A stretch of DNA of 64,000 nucleotides. Source: Nitrosopumilaceae archaeon. Lineage in GTDB: Archaea; Thermoproteota; Nitrososphaeria; Nitrososphaerales; Nitrosopumilaceae. The notes under the pieces are model-generated. The model was not told where the DNA came from. It worked only from the letters and a program-made list of their open reading frames with translations, and did not search any database. The translations under genes were made by a program, and so were the position numbers. The stretch spans positions 1,632,001-1,696,000 of the forward strand of contig OZ242365.1 in NCBI GenBank assembly GCA_965208905.1, given 5' to 3'. Positions 39,015-49,348 of this stretch are shown piece after piece (position 1 is the stretch's first letter; each line of letters starts with the position of its first letter).

Positions 39015-39278
39015 CTAGACGATGATGGCATCTTTGAGATATGGGTATATGCGGGAATAATGTTTCTGGAGGGCTTCAACCTCTTTGCGTGAGGCATCTG
39101 TTCCCTCGGCGGCTATGATATCCACTAACTTGCGTACAGCCTCGCGGCGGAACTCTGTCGGGTCAGACAGGCCACGTTCTCTTATCCTCCACTCCATCCG
39201 ATTTATAATAAAGCGGGCACGTGAATCGTAGTCTGTATCATCACCCCAAAGTATATCCAAAATGCGGGACCACATCAT
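39015..39278 (-). CDS. hypothetical protein
   Basis: ATGA overlap with the upstream exonuclease. Confidence 0.55.
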   Translation of the reverse strand: MMWSRILDILWGDDTDYDSRARFIINRMEWRIRERGLSDPTEFRREAVRKLVDIIAAEGTDASRKEVEALQKHYSRIYPYLKDAIIV

Positions 39279-39805
39279 GATCTACTCATAATAAAATCCC
39301 GATGGGTTAGTGGTAGTCGCTCCAACAACCACATGTAAAAATCACAGAACGCCGCAGCCTCCCGTTCGACATATTCCACTATGGCATGGTACTGGCCAGT
39401 GCTGTACCACTTCGGTATTGGACTGCCGCTGTGTGGCTTTCCCGACATACGGTCCAGACCTGAACCACGAAACTCACCACGATTCATCAGTATGGCCGTA
39501 TGGTGGAGGTCTATATGTGGAAGATCTATTATGTTGATACCCAACCGATGGTATAGGAATTTGCTCTCAAATCCCAGGTTGTAGCCCACCGGTATAAACC
39601 GAAATGCCTCTTGTAGATCTATCCTGGTAGCGCGGACAAACTCCTCCAGTATGTCATATTCACTTGACTCCCATGATTTTAGTATGCGCAGGTCGCCTAT
39701 CGGCCTGCCGGTATATCTCTCCAACTCCTGATACTGTATAGTGATTATGGAGTGCACATCAGGCTCAAGACCGGTCGTCTCTATGTCAAAATAGTAACTC
39801 CCCAT
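39275..39805 (-). CDS. RNase H-like / DnaQ-type 3'-5' exonuclease domain protein
   Basis: YFDIETTGL, VGYNLGFE, HIDL and IVEYVERE. Confidence 0.75.
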   Translation of the reverse strand: MGSYYFDIETTGLEPDVHSIITIQYQELERYTGRPIGDLRILKSWESSEYDILEEFVRATRIDLQEAFRFIPVGYNLGFESKFLYHRLGINIIDLPHIDLHHTAILMNRGEFRGSGLDRMSGKPHSGSPIPKWYSTGQYHAIVEYVEREAAAFCDFYMWLLERLPLTHRDFIMSRS

Positions 39806-40005
39806 ACAGTATTTACAGATCCGTCGCTTTTAAGGGGGGAATCTATGCGCGGGCGCCAGGACACGGCAACTCACATAATTCCCGGTTACGGCGACCGGAC
39901 CCGCCGGTAGTATTGTTCGGGCTCCACACGGCATGTGGGCGAGTCCACGGTATATGCGGTAGCAGTACACCTAATCCTTATATACTATAACAGCATATAT
40001 AGTGT

Positions 40006-40776
40006 ATGAACACAAAAAATGCAAACCAGACACTGATAGCAGTGGCTGATGAATTTACCAACAGCGATCGCATACCAGAATACATGGCCGATGCACTGAT
40101 AAGATGTCCCGATGTACCATGCTCCAATTGGAGTCTGGGCAACCAGATACTGATGCAGATTGGCGGACCGACTGCGGACGCCCGCGGCTACAGGCAATGG
40201 CAGGCAGCAGGCCGCCATGTCAAGAAGGGCAGCAGAGCACGCTACATACTGACTCCGATAATAAAGAAGCGCAGGGACAAAAACGACGAGGAGAGGATGA
40301 TAACCGTCGGGTTTAAGACCGTGCCGGTGTTCGCCGTACAGGACACCGATGGCGCACCCGTACCGAAGTTTGAGCCAAAAGTCATACCACCACTTGCGCA
40401 GCTGGCCAAAATAACATACAGAAACAGCACCGATGGTGAAGCGGGAGCATACTATCCTACTACAGACGAGATAGCCCTGTGCAGCGAAGATCCATCCGTA
40501 TTCTTCCACGAGTTGACGCATATGTATGACAACAAGTCCCATGAGAAGACGGGAACCGGCCAGGAGCCCATCCGCGAGATGGTAGCAGAACTGGGCGCGA
40601 CCGTACTGTGCAGGATGTATGATGTCAAGACCCGCGACTCAAACCACATGGCATACATAGCACACTACGCGGGAGCAAAGACCCCCGCAGAGGTTGGCGC
40701 GGCGTGCATGAAGGTGGCCGAGCGCGTGATGAAGGCAATACAACTAATATTGGCTGATGCTGCAAAACTCGCATAA
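40006..40776 (+). CDS. ardC: ArdC-like ssDNA-binding anti-restriction protein with metalloprotease motif
   Basis: WSLGNQIL, GYRQWQAAGRHVKKG, VFAVQDT, FFHELTH and EMVAELGA. Confidence 0.8.
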   Translation: MNTKNANQTLIAVADEFTNSDRIPEYMADALIRCPDVPCSNWSLGNQILMQIGGPTADARGYRQWQAAGRHVKKGSRARYILTPIIKKRRDKNDEERMITVGFKTVPVFAVQDTDGAPVPKFEPKVIPPLAQLAKITYRNSTDGEAGAYYPTTDEIALCSEDPSVFFHELTHMYDNKSHEKTGTGQEPIREMVAELGATVLCRMYDVKTRDSNHMAYIAHYAGAKTPAEVGAACMKVAERVMKAIQLILADAAKLA

Positions 40777-40831
40777 ATTTTTCCCTCTTTTTCATTTTAT
40801 TCCTTTTACGGCGCCGATGCTATACCAACCC

Positions 40832-40903
40832 AGCAGGGTAGGGAAGCAGCATCCCGGCGGGCCCATAACCCGCAGACCGGTGGTTCAAATCCGCCCCCTG
40901 CTA
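40832..40903 (+). tRNA. tRNA-Met(CAT), initiator type, atypical
   Basis: A1-T72 acceptor AGCAGGG/CCCTGCT+A; anticodon stem GCGGG/CCCGC with three G-C pairs; loop CCCATAA; T arm GGTGG-TTCAAAT-CCGCC. Confidence 0.9.
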
Positions 40904-40996
40904 CTAACTTAAAAAATGCAGAATTTGGTCTGTAGAGTACATTTACGGGTTCTTATGCAGATACGGCTCTTGGACAAACATGGGTGCTATACGTAA

Positions 40997-41494
40997 TCAA
41001 ACATAATCTAGTAATGTTTTCGTGTATATTGCGCGGAGCCCCTCATCCCTCTTCTGTTGCGCAATCTTGCGCATATCACACCTTGTTTTTACTATATGGC
41101 AGTCTTTGCACAACACACGGTGGTTATTCGCATCCCACATGGACCCACCAAGTTTGAGCGCCTCAATATGATCCACCTCCAAATATTCCTTCGCGCCACA
41201 TATCACACATGACGCATTATGTGTTAGAACACTACGGTACCAACTCCAGTAGGGCGAGATACAGTCATACATGTAGGCGTGTTTGCCGCAGCAGTACTTG
41301 CGGTATCGCGGCTCGAACTCCTCGCGGGGCTTGCCGCACCAGCATAGGCCGTGCTGCATATTCAGCACCATCCAAAATGGTGGTGGTCGTCTGTCATCAC
41401 GTGTTGTGCCCGGCACATACTTGTTAGCACCATACCCAACCTGTGCATAATACCAACGGTAGTAGCCTGCCTGCATGCGTATGACACATACCAC
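40997..41494 (-). CDS. HNH endonuclease
   Basis: CVICG...EVDHIEAL..GG....NNHRVLCKDCH. Confidence 0.85.
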   Translation of the reverse strand: MVCVIRMQAGYYRWYYAQVGYGANKYVPGTTRDDRRPPPFWMVLNMQHGLCWCGKPREEFEPRYRKYCCGKHAYMYDCISPYWSWYRSVLTHNASCVICGAKEYLEVDHIEALKLGGSMWDANNHRVLCKDCHIVKTRCDMRKIAQQKRDEGLRAIYTKTLLDYV

Positions 41495-41614
41495 TGACGT
41501 TAAAGGGAGGTTATAGGTTAGAACTGGCGCATCCAGGTGTCTGGGGCATGGTGGTGCTGGTGACTAAGTTTGGATACAACAGCCTATTGTACAGCAGATA
41601 TTGGCGGCGAACCA

Positions 41615-42358
41615 CTAGACGGGCTGCAATACACTAGACTGTAAAATTTTATCCGCAAACCCGCAAGCGCGTTCAGCCATACTTCTTGTCTCAGAAATGT
41701 TGATGTTGTGCCATCCCTCCCATGTACGGTCTTTGTCATACGCAGACAGAATGTCACCGGCCAGTTGCACATCAAGTGGTGGTCTCATATTAGATGGAAG
41801 CATATCGCATAATACACGTATATCACGCGTGAACGAAAAGTCTATCCTACATCTCATAAGAAGTGAACGTAACGCGTAACCTACGCCAATATACAAGCAG
41901 AGACACTCCTCACCACGCGTACTCGCCCAGTCGCCAAATATGTTTCCCCTCGCTTTTTGTAGCCACTGTTCGGCACTAAACTCATAGTCAATGTATGGTG
42001 TGATATCAACATGGAAGTCAGGTGACCTGAATAAAGTTCTGGCGCCCTCTTCGCGCAATACATGATATTCAACAGAGCCGTACAGGTTGGCGGTTCTAGA
42101 TATTGTGTTGACACCGTGTGGTATTATCGAAGATTTGTCAACCCCACCGGATACCTCTATTACGTCCCGTATTGTTTTAGGACATATCACCTTTGAAGAA
42201 CGTACAACGTATAAAACATCCAAGTCGCTGTCCGGTTTCGTATTACCCCTTACTTGACTACCAAATATTGATAAGAATAATAGATCATCACCGAATGGTA
42301 TTGCATCTTGTAGTGCTTTGATAGATACCGCGCCGCGTCTGTTCAATTCAATCATCAC
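41615..42358 (-). CDS. minimal nucleotidyltransferase fused to a HEPN-like domain
   Basis: FGSQVRG...DSDLDVL; C-terminal helical domain with FSFTRDI (cf. THDL). Confidence 0.75.
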   Translation of the reverse strand: MMIELNRRGAVSIKALQDAIPFGDDLLFLSIFGSQVRGNTKPDSDLDVLYVVRSSKVICPKTIRDVIEVSGGVDKSSIIPHGVNTISRTANLYGSVEYHVLREEGARTLFRSPDFHVDITPYIDYEFSAEQWLQKARGNIFGDWASTRGEECLCLYIGVGYALRSLLMRCRIDFSFTRDIRVLCDMLPSNMRPPLDVQLAGDILSAYDKDRTWEGWHNINISETRSMAERACGFADKILQSSVLQPV

Positions 42359-42527
42359 AACCCAGATCGAATTTACGCTGCTCCAAAATATCTCGTGCTT
42401 TTTTTAAGTCACTACCGTAGTCTATACCGTATTTCCCGGCTTCCGCGACGGCATCCAATGCTTTTTCTATACTATCACAATCATGCGCATCTTTGGTGAA
42501 AGTCTCTATCGCGTCAAATTCAACCAT
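42348..42527 (-). CDS. 59-aa protein coupled to MNT-HEPN
   Basis: MVEFDAIETFTKDAHDCDSIEKALDAVAEAGKY...; read manually; overlaps the MNT start. Confidence 0.5.
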   Translation of the reverse strand: MVEFDAIETFTKDAHDCDSIEKALDAVAEAGKYGIDYGSDLKKARDILEQRKFDLGCDD

Positions 42528-42578
42528 ACCTCTGTATGGGTTGGCAGACTATAAAAGGTAATTATTCGAGTAGTGCAG

Positions 42579-42785
42579 TGGAGCAAGCGCGCGCAGGGCG
42601 TTTATTCACTATACAATAACCGGAATGGTCTTGAGATACCTGGCACCTGCACCCCCTCCAAGTTATAGGCTGTTCAAAGGACGGGCGTCAAAGCCTGACC
42701 AACGAGGGACATCTAGATCTGAATGGTGGTTCGCTGCCAACATCTGCCGTACGGCAGACTGTCAATTGATAGACTCCGATAATTA
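42579..42785 (+). ncRNA. stand-alone omegaRNA (TnpB guide RNA) copy
   Basis: Colinear homology to the 3' end of tnpB (59675->59449), ending at ...GCCGTACGGCAGACTGTCAA (42765); no tnpB ORF here. Confidence 0.75.
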
Positions 42786-42794
42786 CACAGATCC

Positions 42795-43541
42795 TTAGTA
42801 TGTAGGCGCATGTTTGCATGTTGGCCAATGATATGATGCGGCACCCGGCGCCATGTCTATCAGATACCATGTGCCATTTCGGCCCAACGCCATATCGCAT
42901 GACCACCAACCATCCATTACGGCAGCTACCTTTAGCACCTCTGCGCGTATCATATCCATATTGCGCTCTATCTTGGCATCCTGGCGCTTCAGTGTGTTGA
43001 GCCAGTCATCAGGTACATGCATAAATCTGGCCGCGCGCACGGCCCACTCCTCTATGGCCTCGGGCGGCCAATACGGATGTATACACTCAACCTCGCCGTC
43101 CCGCAGGAATGTCCGCGCCTCGGTGGCTATTGGCATATTTCCGCCAAATGCCCGAAACGACCAGTCCAAGTCCAGAAACTCCCGTACGGCAAACCCGCTT
43201 GGCAGTGCTTCGCCGACCATGTCGGCCATGAAATTCTCCTCTACAACCGCCATAACATGCCTGTACATCACATCAGCGGACTCCACATAACATGTCCTAT
43301 CCCAGGAGTGTTTGCCAGACATCTGGTCGGTGCGCAGAAACACTGGATAACCTATATCATCGGCGGCTCTCAGAAGTGGCGTAATGTCCAACTCTTTCCC
43401 ATCGAGGGAGCGCATGAGAGCACGGCTTTCATACGGTACGTATACGGTCTTTGGTTGCGGTATGTCCAACACGCGGGTTTTATTCCACCAGTACGGCAGG
43501 GATGCTAATCCGCGTAGTGCTATTCTCTTCTCTAAATCCAT
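42795..43541 (-). CDS. ATP-grasp fold protein (R2K/Cdc123-like)
   Basis: YPVFLRT..SGKH, AVREFL, EARTF and WWSCDMA..WYLIDM. Confidence 0.65.
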   Translation of the reverse strand: MDLEKRIALRGLASLPYWWNKTRVLDIPQPKTVYVPYESRALMRSLDGKELDITPLLRAADDIGYPVFLRTDQMSGKHSWDRTCYVESADVMYRHVMAVVEENFMADMVGEALPSGFAVREFLDLDWSFRAFGGNMPIATEARTFLRDGEVECIHPYWPPEAIEEWAVRAARFMHVPDDWLNTLKRQDAKIERNMDMIRAEVLKVAAVMDGWWSCDMALGRNGTWYLIDMAPGAASYHWPTCKHAPTY

Positions 43542-43599
43542 GCCATCATACAGCTCGGCGCCTTAAAAGGAGAGTTCAAAAACAGAAAAAAGGGAGATA

Positions 43600-45519
43600 T
43601 TACTGTGTACGCTCAGTCCAGATACATGCATTGGGCGATGTGGCCAGATATTCGATGCTGACAACGCCAGCATTGGTTATTTCAGTCTGTGAGGCGAGGA
43701 AGTTTTCATAACCAACTATGAAGTCGGATGTGGTCATCAGGTTGCCCGTCTTTGCCGGTGCGCCAAACTCTGTTGTTATTATCGTGCCTTCGGAGTTGTC
43801 ATGTATGCTGATCTTGTCGAAGGTGCTGATGAACGTATTGGATGTTGCGGCCTCAAACTTTGTTATCGTCACAGCCTCACTACACGTCACATCTATCGGT
43901 CGTACATCATACCCAACACTCCTTGCATCTACAGTTATGCCCAGCAACTCTGTCTGCAACCGAACATCACCACTTGGATGTGATCCACTCATGGTGAATG
44001 TACAGTCGTTATTTGTTGTGTCTGTAAGTATGGTAAAGTCCACGTCGAATACCTTCGCGGCCTTTTCTGCCGCAGTCGGCATCGACCGATCAGCAAGTGT
44101 TAATGTGTTGTTCCAGTCTGCAAGTTCCACACTGATGTTATAGTCTGCATTGTTTCCACTCAGTTTTACCAGTTCCGAGCCCGGTACAGGCTTGTCAAAT
44201 ACATGATATACTGGGGCGTTTGTAGGCTGGAACTTTTGGTTAACCATCTCTACGTTTATGGGTGATGTCAGGGCAATCAGTGTATCATGGTCCCTCTCAT
44301 CGTTTGCATAATCTGGACTGGTGTTTACATTGTAGATGCCGTTGTCCGCCTCGTTGAGTACTATATCAAGTTCGGTTGGCGTATGCTCAAACAAACATGA
44401 TATTGTAGCTGTTGCGTATGCATCATCGTTTGCGTCCATCGGCCATGCTAGTATATCACCTACAGTAACGGGGAAGCTAAACTCCCTATATCCCAAGGTG
44501 CCCTGTATGGGTGTTGGTTCCTCTGGTGTGGTGGGCGTGGTTGGTGTGGTAGGCGTAGTGGGTGTTGGTGTGGTAGGCGTGGTTGCTGGCGGTACTTGTA
44601 ATAGTTTGGCAGCTTCTGCTATACGACACTGATCATCATGCCATACGGCCTCACTGATGCCAACAAACACCCGTATATTGCAGTCTTCGGCATCAAAGGT
44701 GCCATGCCCTGCATTTATCATGGTCTGCGCAACATCATACGTATTGCATTGTACGAGCGCCTTTGGGGGCGAGGCCTTTGGCCGTGTGTCGGGTATGACG
44801 GTTATTGGCGCATCACCGCATATGTCAAGCAGATAACTGATTGCAGCCCGGCCGCCAGGCTCAGAAAGACCCGGCACGTCCACGAACGCAAGATCATATG
44901 TGTCTAATACACCATCACCGTCTGTGTCTATCTGTATGGTATCACCATCTATTATGTGCCTGTCAGTTACTACTGGTGCGCCTGGTTGTGTTTGTGTAGG
45001 TCCGGGTTTTGGTGTATGACCCGTGTCGGCCACACATACACCACCCTCAAAGATGGTGCCCTCACCGCAGTATGATATCGATATGTCTGCTATACATGTG
45101 TCCAGGTGCTGGATAGTACCCTCACCACATGAAATCTTCGCCTCGCATATGCCTGCCATATTTACCTCGGCATCACATCCGACTATCTCGGCCACGCATA
45201 TACCACCAATGGGGTATGTGCCCTCGCCGCAGACCTGTCCAAGCAATGCTGACTCAATGTTCTTCAAAGCTTGCGCATTCTCCTGTAGTGTTACCTTGTT
45301 CTCGTCCACTGATGCAACTATGCCGCTCATCCCGTCTAACGCGACGCGTACCTCGTCTATCAGATCATTCAGTGTCGGTACTATCTGGCTTATTGTGCTT
45401 GATATCCGCAACGTCGAATCATAGATGTCGCTAATCAATTCGGTGTTTGACTGTGCATAGGCCGGAGCCACTGATATGACCAGTAAGGCCAACAGTGCTC
45501 CGGATATTATTTTTCTCAT
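43600..45519 (-). CDS. secreted surface protein with CGEGT repeats, thermonuclease-like domain and PT-rich linker
   Basis: Signal peptide; CGEGT x3; HIIDGDTI...VDVPG..EPGG...MINAGHG; PTTP repeats. Confidence 0.7.
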   Translation of the reverse strand: MRKIISGALLALLVISVAPAYAQSNTELISDIYDSTLRISSTISQIVPTLNDLIDEVRVALDGMSGIVASVDENKVTLQENAQALKNIESALLGQVCGEGTYPIGGICVAEIVGCDAEVNMAGICEAKISCGEGTIQHLDTCIADISISYCGEGTIFEGGVCVADTGHTPKPGPTQTQPGAPVVTDRHIIDGDTIQIDTDGDGVLDTYDLAFVDVPGLSEPGGRAAISYLLDICGDAPITVIPDTRPKASPPKALVQCNTYDVAQTMINAGHGTFDAEDCNIRVFVGISEAVWHDDQCRIAEAAKLLQVPPATTPTTPTPTTPTTPTTPTTPEEPTPIQGTLGYREFSFPVTVGDILAWPMDANDDAYATATISCLFEHTPTELDIVLNEADNGIYNVNTSPDYANDERDHDTLIALTSPINVEMVNQKFQPTNAPVYHVFDKPVPGSELVKLSGNNADYNISVELADWNNTLTLADRSMPTAAEKAAKVFDVDFTILTDTTNNDCTFTMSGSHPSGDVRLQTELLGITVDARSVGYDVRPIDVTCSEAVTITKFEAATSNTFISTFDKISIHDNSEGTIITTEFGAPAKTGNLMTTSDFIVGYENFLASQTEITNAGVVSIEYLATSPNACIWTERTQ

Positions 45520-45955
45520 TGGTACGTGGTGTCTGCATCTACGTTTTTGGGTTACACAGTATTAACGAGGTTTATCGTTAATTCTCTCGTCTTTATGGGA
45601 GGGCACGGGCCAATTCACCCCTTTTATATCATCAATACTGCACATTGGCGTGTTCATAAACTCCATACCATTCATGATGTTTGTGTTTGTCGAGACCGCA
45701 CTACTCGTGATGGTCTTGGTGTGGCCCGACCATACGATATTGTTGTCGGCGATTGCCCTGGGGCTGCTGGTGTGTTTCCTTGTAGGAGTGATACGACACA
45801 TGGGGGGTATGCATAATGGGTGAAAAAATGCAGACCGTGCGGATGCGGTCATGAGGAATTTGAGATATTGTTGCAGTCGGTTCCTCCCGCAAGGACGGGT
45901 GCCATATGTCACACCTCAACTATCTTTTTAAACATGTGGACCGTACTATACATTA

Positions 45956-47350
45956 ATGGCGCTGCGCACATACACATTCGGCGTTAGATTCCGTAAGGGG
46001 TTTAAGAAAGAGATGTTGGCCAGACAGGCCGGCATGGACAGGTACGTGTATAACAAACTATTGGAAACCTTCAAGGAAGAATATCATAAAACAGGTAGAG
46101 TAAATGCGACGCGTGGTAGGATAAATTCCTGGTATACGGACTTGCGCAATAATTCGGGTCCGCGTTGGATGCGTCAATCCATATCCGGGGTGACGCGCCA
46201 AATGTTACATGACTTGGGCAGGCATTATGACCAATATGTGGAAACGGAGAAGCTGAAGGCTGCTGCCATCAAACCTAAGGTGGAGTTTGGTGAGCCGCAC
46301 TTTAAGAAATATGGAGGTCACATCTCCATCCCGTTGACGATAACGCATGATGGCACCGTCGGCCAAGCGCGGTTCACCGATACACGTACAATCAAGATAG
46401 CCAAGATGGGGGAGATTAAACTGTCGCGGGAGTTTCCCGTCTTGAATTACCGATACAAGACCGCACAACTGTTTCAACTACCGGATGGCGGGTGGAGGAT
46501 TACCATATCTTGTGATGTACCAGACAAGAAGCCAATCGTGACGGAGCAAACTATTATTGGTATAGACCGGAATGTCGGTAACGTATCCACACCCGACTGT
46601 GTAATAATGGTGCCCGAAAAGGTGGCACGCCGCATGAACAACGCCGAAAAAACAGCCTCTAAGGCGCAAAAGATAGCCTCGCGCAGGCAGAAACCCAATT
46701 ATACGAATCGCAAGCCCGGCTCTCGACGGTGGGCCAAAGCCAGCAAACGTGCCGCCAAGAACAAACGCAAAGCTGCAAACATTCGAAAGACCACCGCGCA
46801 TAAAATATCACGCGTTATATCGGACAGCACCACACATGCAGCCATGGAGAAACTTCCCATACAAAACATGGTACAGTCCGCCAAAGGTACGGAAGAAAAA
46901 CCCGGCAAAAACGTTGCGCAGAAATCTGGTCTCAATAAGGCCATCCTGGAGCAGTGTTGGGGGCTGTTGGCATCGCTGTTGGAGTACAAGTTGGCTGGAG
47001 AGATAATTTGGGTTGCGGCGGCGTATACAAGCCAACGATGCTGCTCGTGCGGTTATACAGATAAGGATAACCGGGATGGTAGAAAGTTCTTGTGCAGGAA
47101 GTGTGGCTACACGTATCATGCCGACTGTAATGCGGGCTCAAACATAGAGGATGTGGGGCTGAAGAAACTCGGTCAGGGGGCCATGCATGGCCAACTAAAC
47201 TTACGAAACTTGCCGGACAATACCGGCAGCACCCATGTTAAGGGGTGTCTGGACGTGGAGGGTTCTTGCGTTAGCTCCCCTGAGAAACGTCAAGCACAGG
47301 CCGGGGAACGAGATGTATCATGCACCGTCGTCCTCTGGTATGATGTGTGA
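45956..47350 (+). CDS. tnpB: RNA-guided endonuclease TnpB (no tnpA nearby)
   Basis: RuvC GIDRN / MEKL / HADCNAG; Zn finger TSQRCCSCG...CRKCG; KSGLNKAIL. Confidence 0.92.
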   Translation: MALRTYTFGVRFRKGFKKEMLARQAGMDRYVYNKLLETFKEEYHKTGRVNATRGRINSWYTDLRNNSGPRWMRQSISGVTRQMLHDLGRHYDQYVETEKLKAAAIKPKVEFGEPHFKKYGGHISIPLTITHDGTVGQARFTDTRTIKIAKMGEIKLSREFPVLNYRYKTAQLFQLPDGGWRITISCDVPDKKPIVTEQTIIGIDRNVGNVSTPDCVIMVPEKVARRMNNAEKTASKAQKIASRRQKPNYTNRKPGSRRWAKASKRAAKNKRKAANIRKTTAHKISRVISDSTTHAAMEKLPIQNMVQSAKGTEEKPGKNVAQKSGLNKAILEQCWGLLASLLEYKLAGEIIWVAAAYTSQRCCSCGYTDKDNRDGRKFLCRKCGYTYHADCNAGSNIEDVGLKKLGQGAMHGQLNLRNLPDNTGSTHVKGCLDVEGSCVSSPEKRQAQAGERDVSCTVVLWYDV

Positions 47351-47451
47351 TGTATTGTAGGTGCGGGAACTCCCGTGCTTGCAGTAGGAACCTTGCAGTC
47401 TTGGGACTTTGAGCTGGCCGATACGAGCTGGCTTCTGGCATATATCGAAGA

Positions 47452-49347
47452 TTAAAGCAGTGCCTCGATTAGGATTGGTATCGTCATTATGGCCAGTATG
47501 TTGACCACTGCGACGATTACAACCGGCATGGTATCTACGGATGTAAATCGTGTAATCTTGGCTGCAACCAGCCCCATGGGGCATGTCAGCAGGGCCGCAA
47601 TCAATCCCAACCGTTCCCTGTATGCTGCATCGGGGTCAGGCGGCCCGAATCCCTCCATCATGCCCGGCGGGAGTACGGTGCTTAGCGTGTTTGTGGCTGT
47701 TCCGGAGTCCGCAAAGATGGCAAACATCGCATTCATTATGCCGACCAGCATCAGGGGCGAGGCATATATCATCATGGCCCCCATGCGCAGAGACTTGGTG
47801 ACGTCCATCTTTGTAATCAGTATGCTGGACATAAAGTGTGTCATCTGTCGGAGTATTGATGGTGTGTTTGCCGTGCCGCCTATCTCCTGCAGCCTGATTA
47901 TTATAAGCAGCACAAACGAGAGATACCTGCTGTGTTTGCGCGCCTCCATACATGCATCCTGCATCGTACTTCCCATCTCCAGTTTGGAGACAATGCCGTT
48001 CAGCAGCCGGCCGAACAGGCCGGTGTATAGTCTGCTGCGCGTCTGCTGGCGCAGTATTGTCGATATGTCCGAGCCTGCCAGTGTCTGCTCGTATACATCC
48101 TCCAGAAATTCCGGCAGTCCGCGGTCCACATTTGAGGCGCCGCCTATCTGCCGCCTGACCATCACATAGTTGGATATGGCGCCTGCCAGAAACCCTATGG
48201 ATATTGTTATGCCGGGTTCGGTATCCCATATGCCGCCACCCGGGATAATGTACGTAACCCAGAGTATGTGTACTGTGACGACGGCGGCCGCCCCTACACC
48301 AATACCGGGCAGCCACGGCTTTAGCTTGACGCCCGTGGACGGTTGGCTTGACTGCACCATGAACAGCATCATGACGCACAGTACGGGGCCCAATATGGGA
48401 CCCATAGTTAGTGTCATGTTGGTGGTGGCCGGCGTGCTGATGAATATCATCATGACCATCATGATTGGTATCATTACCGCGCATATTACCGCCATTGTAC
48501 ACAGCATGAGGGCGGCTTCCTTGTATCTTATCCAGGTCTGCTGATAGAGTTCAAAGAACTGCTCGGCCTTGGTCTCTGTATACGAGGGCACCGGCCCGAC
48601 GGTCTCATGCTTGGATATGTAGCCGTGCAGAAAGTCCTTGAACTGTTGTACGGGATGATTCTTGGCATACTCGCGCAGGGCGTCCATATGGGGTATGCCC
48701 AGTACTACCTTCTGCGTTACTATGGCCGCATCCTGCGCCAACTGTGCAAATACGTCTGGCGCATCGCGCACACTCTCAAGTGCCGTGTACAGCGTGTAGC
48801 CTACCCCCTGCATCGTAGTAAGGTACGCCAGGAAGAAGGACATCTCCTCTTCTATCTGTATCTTGCGCTGCTTGACGCGCGAACTCAACTGCATCAGCGG
48901 GTATATCATAACAATGGGACATAATGCCAGCATGAACAGCCGTACATCGGCTATGGGCGCCGCTACAAGCGGGGATAGCGTAAGCGCCAAGTGTACGGCC
49001 TTGCGCGCATGCGTATCATAGTCGTACGGTATTCCTCCCCCATACACGCGCAGATATGCGGCATATCGCTCCCGTACTCTGCGTATTGCGCGTATGTATT
49101 TTTCGACCCACATCCAGAATGCGGTAAAGTAGTCCTGACTTAGGTCTGCGACCACAAACCTGCCCTTTCGGCGCCCGCCCATATGGGGTCTTGGTATTAC
49201 ATTATGTAACATCACACCGGCCGCGGCGGCCCACAGGACAAATATCATAGTCATCCATTGGTATGAGCCATCACCAAGTATGGCTCCCGCCCAGCCCAAC
49301 GCGGCAAACGCCAGACATGCTGTCAGTCGTACCGGTATGCGAATCAA
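47452..49347 (-). CDS. type IV pilus/archaellum platform protein (TadC/FlaJ, two T2SS-F domains)
   Basis: IEEEMSFFLAYL and VDRGLPEFLEDV repeats; many TM helices. Confidence 0.8.
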   Translation of the reverse strand: MIRIPVRLTACLAFAALGWAGAILGDGSYQWMTMIFVLWAAAAGVMLHNVIPRPHMGGRRKGRFVVADLSQDYFTAFWMWVEKYIRAIRRVRERYAAYLRVYGGGIPYDYDTHARKAVHLALTLSPLVAAPIADVRLFMLALCPIVMIYPLMQLSSRVKQRKIQIEEEMSFFLAYLTTMQGVGYTLYTALESVRDAPDVFAQLAQDAAIVTQKVVLGIPHMDALREYAKNHPVQQFKDFLHGYISKHETVGPVPSYTETKAEQFFELYQQTWIRYKEAALMLCTMAVICAVMIPIMMVMMIFISTPATTNMTLTMGPILGPVLCVMMLFMVQSSQPSTGVKLKPWLPGIGVGAAAVVTVHILWVTYIIPGGGIWDTEPGITISIGFLAGAISNYVMVRRQIGGASNVDRGLPEFLEDVYEQTLAGSDISTILRQQTRSRLYTGLFGRLLNGIVSKLEMGSTMQDACMEARKHSRYLSFVLLIIIRLQEIGGTANTPSILRQMTHFMSSILITKMDVTKSLRMGAMMIYASPLMLVGIMNAMFAIFADSGTATNTLSTVLPPGMMEGFGPPDPDAAYRERLGLIAALLTCPMGLVAAKITRFTSVDTMPVVIVAVVNILAIMTIPILIEALL

Positions 49348-49348
49348 T

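Noticed and set aside
40832-40903. tRNA-Met as integration (att) site
   Set aside because: No integrase nearby, no duplicated 3' tRNA fragment seen, and element-like genes lie on both sides.
42766-42790. In-window targets for the omegaRNA guides
   Set aside because: Only 8-9 nt matches (e.g. ~42318, ~50136) or PAM-distal similarity to 9996/14268; not convincing.
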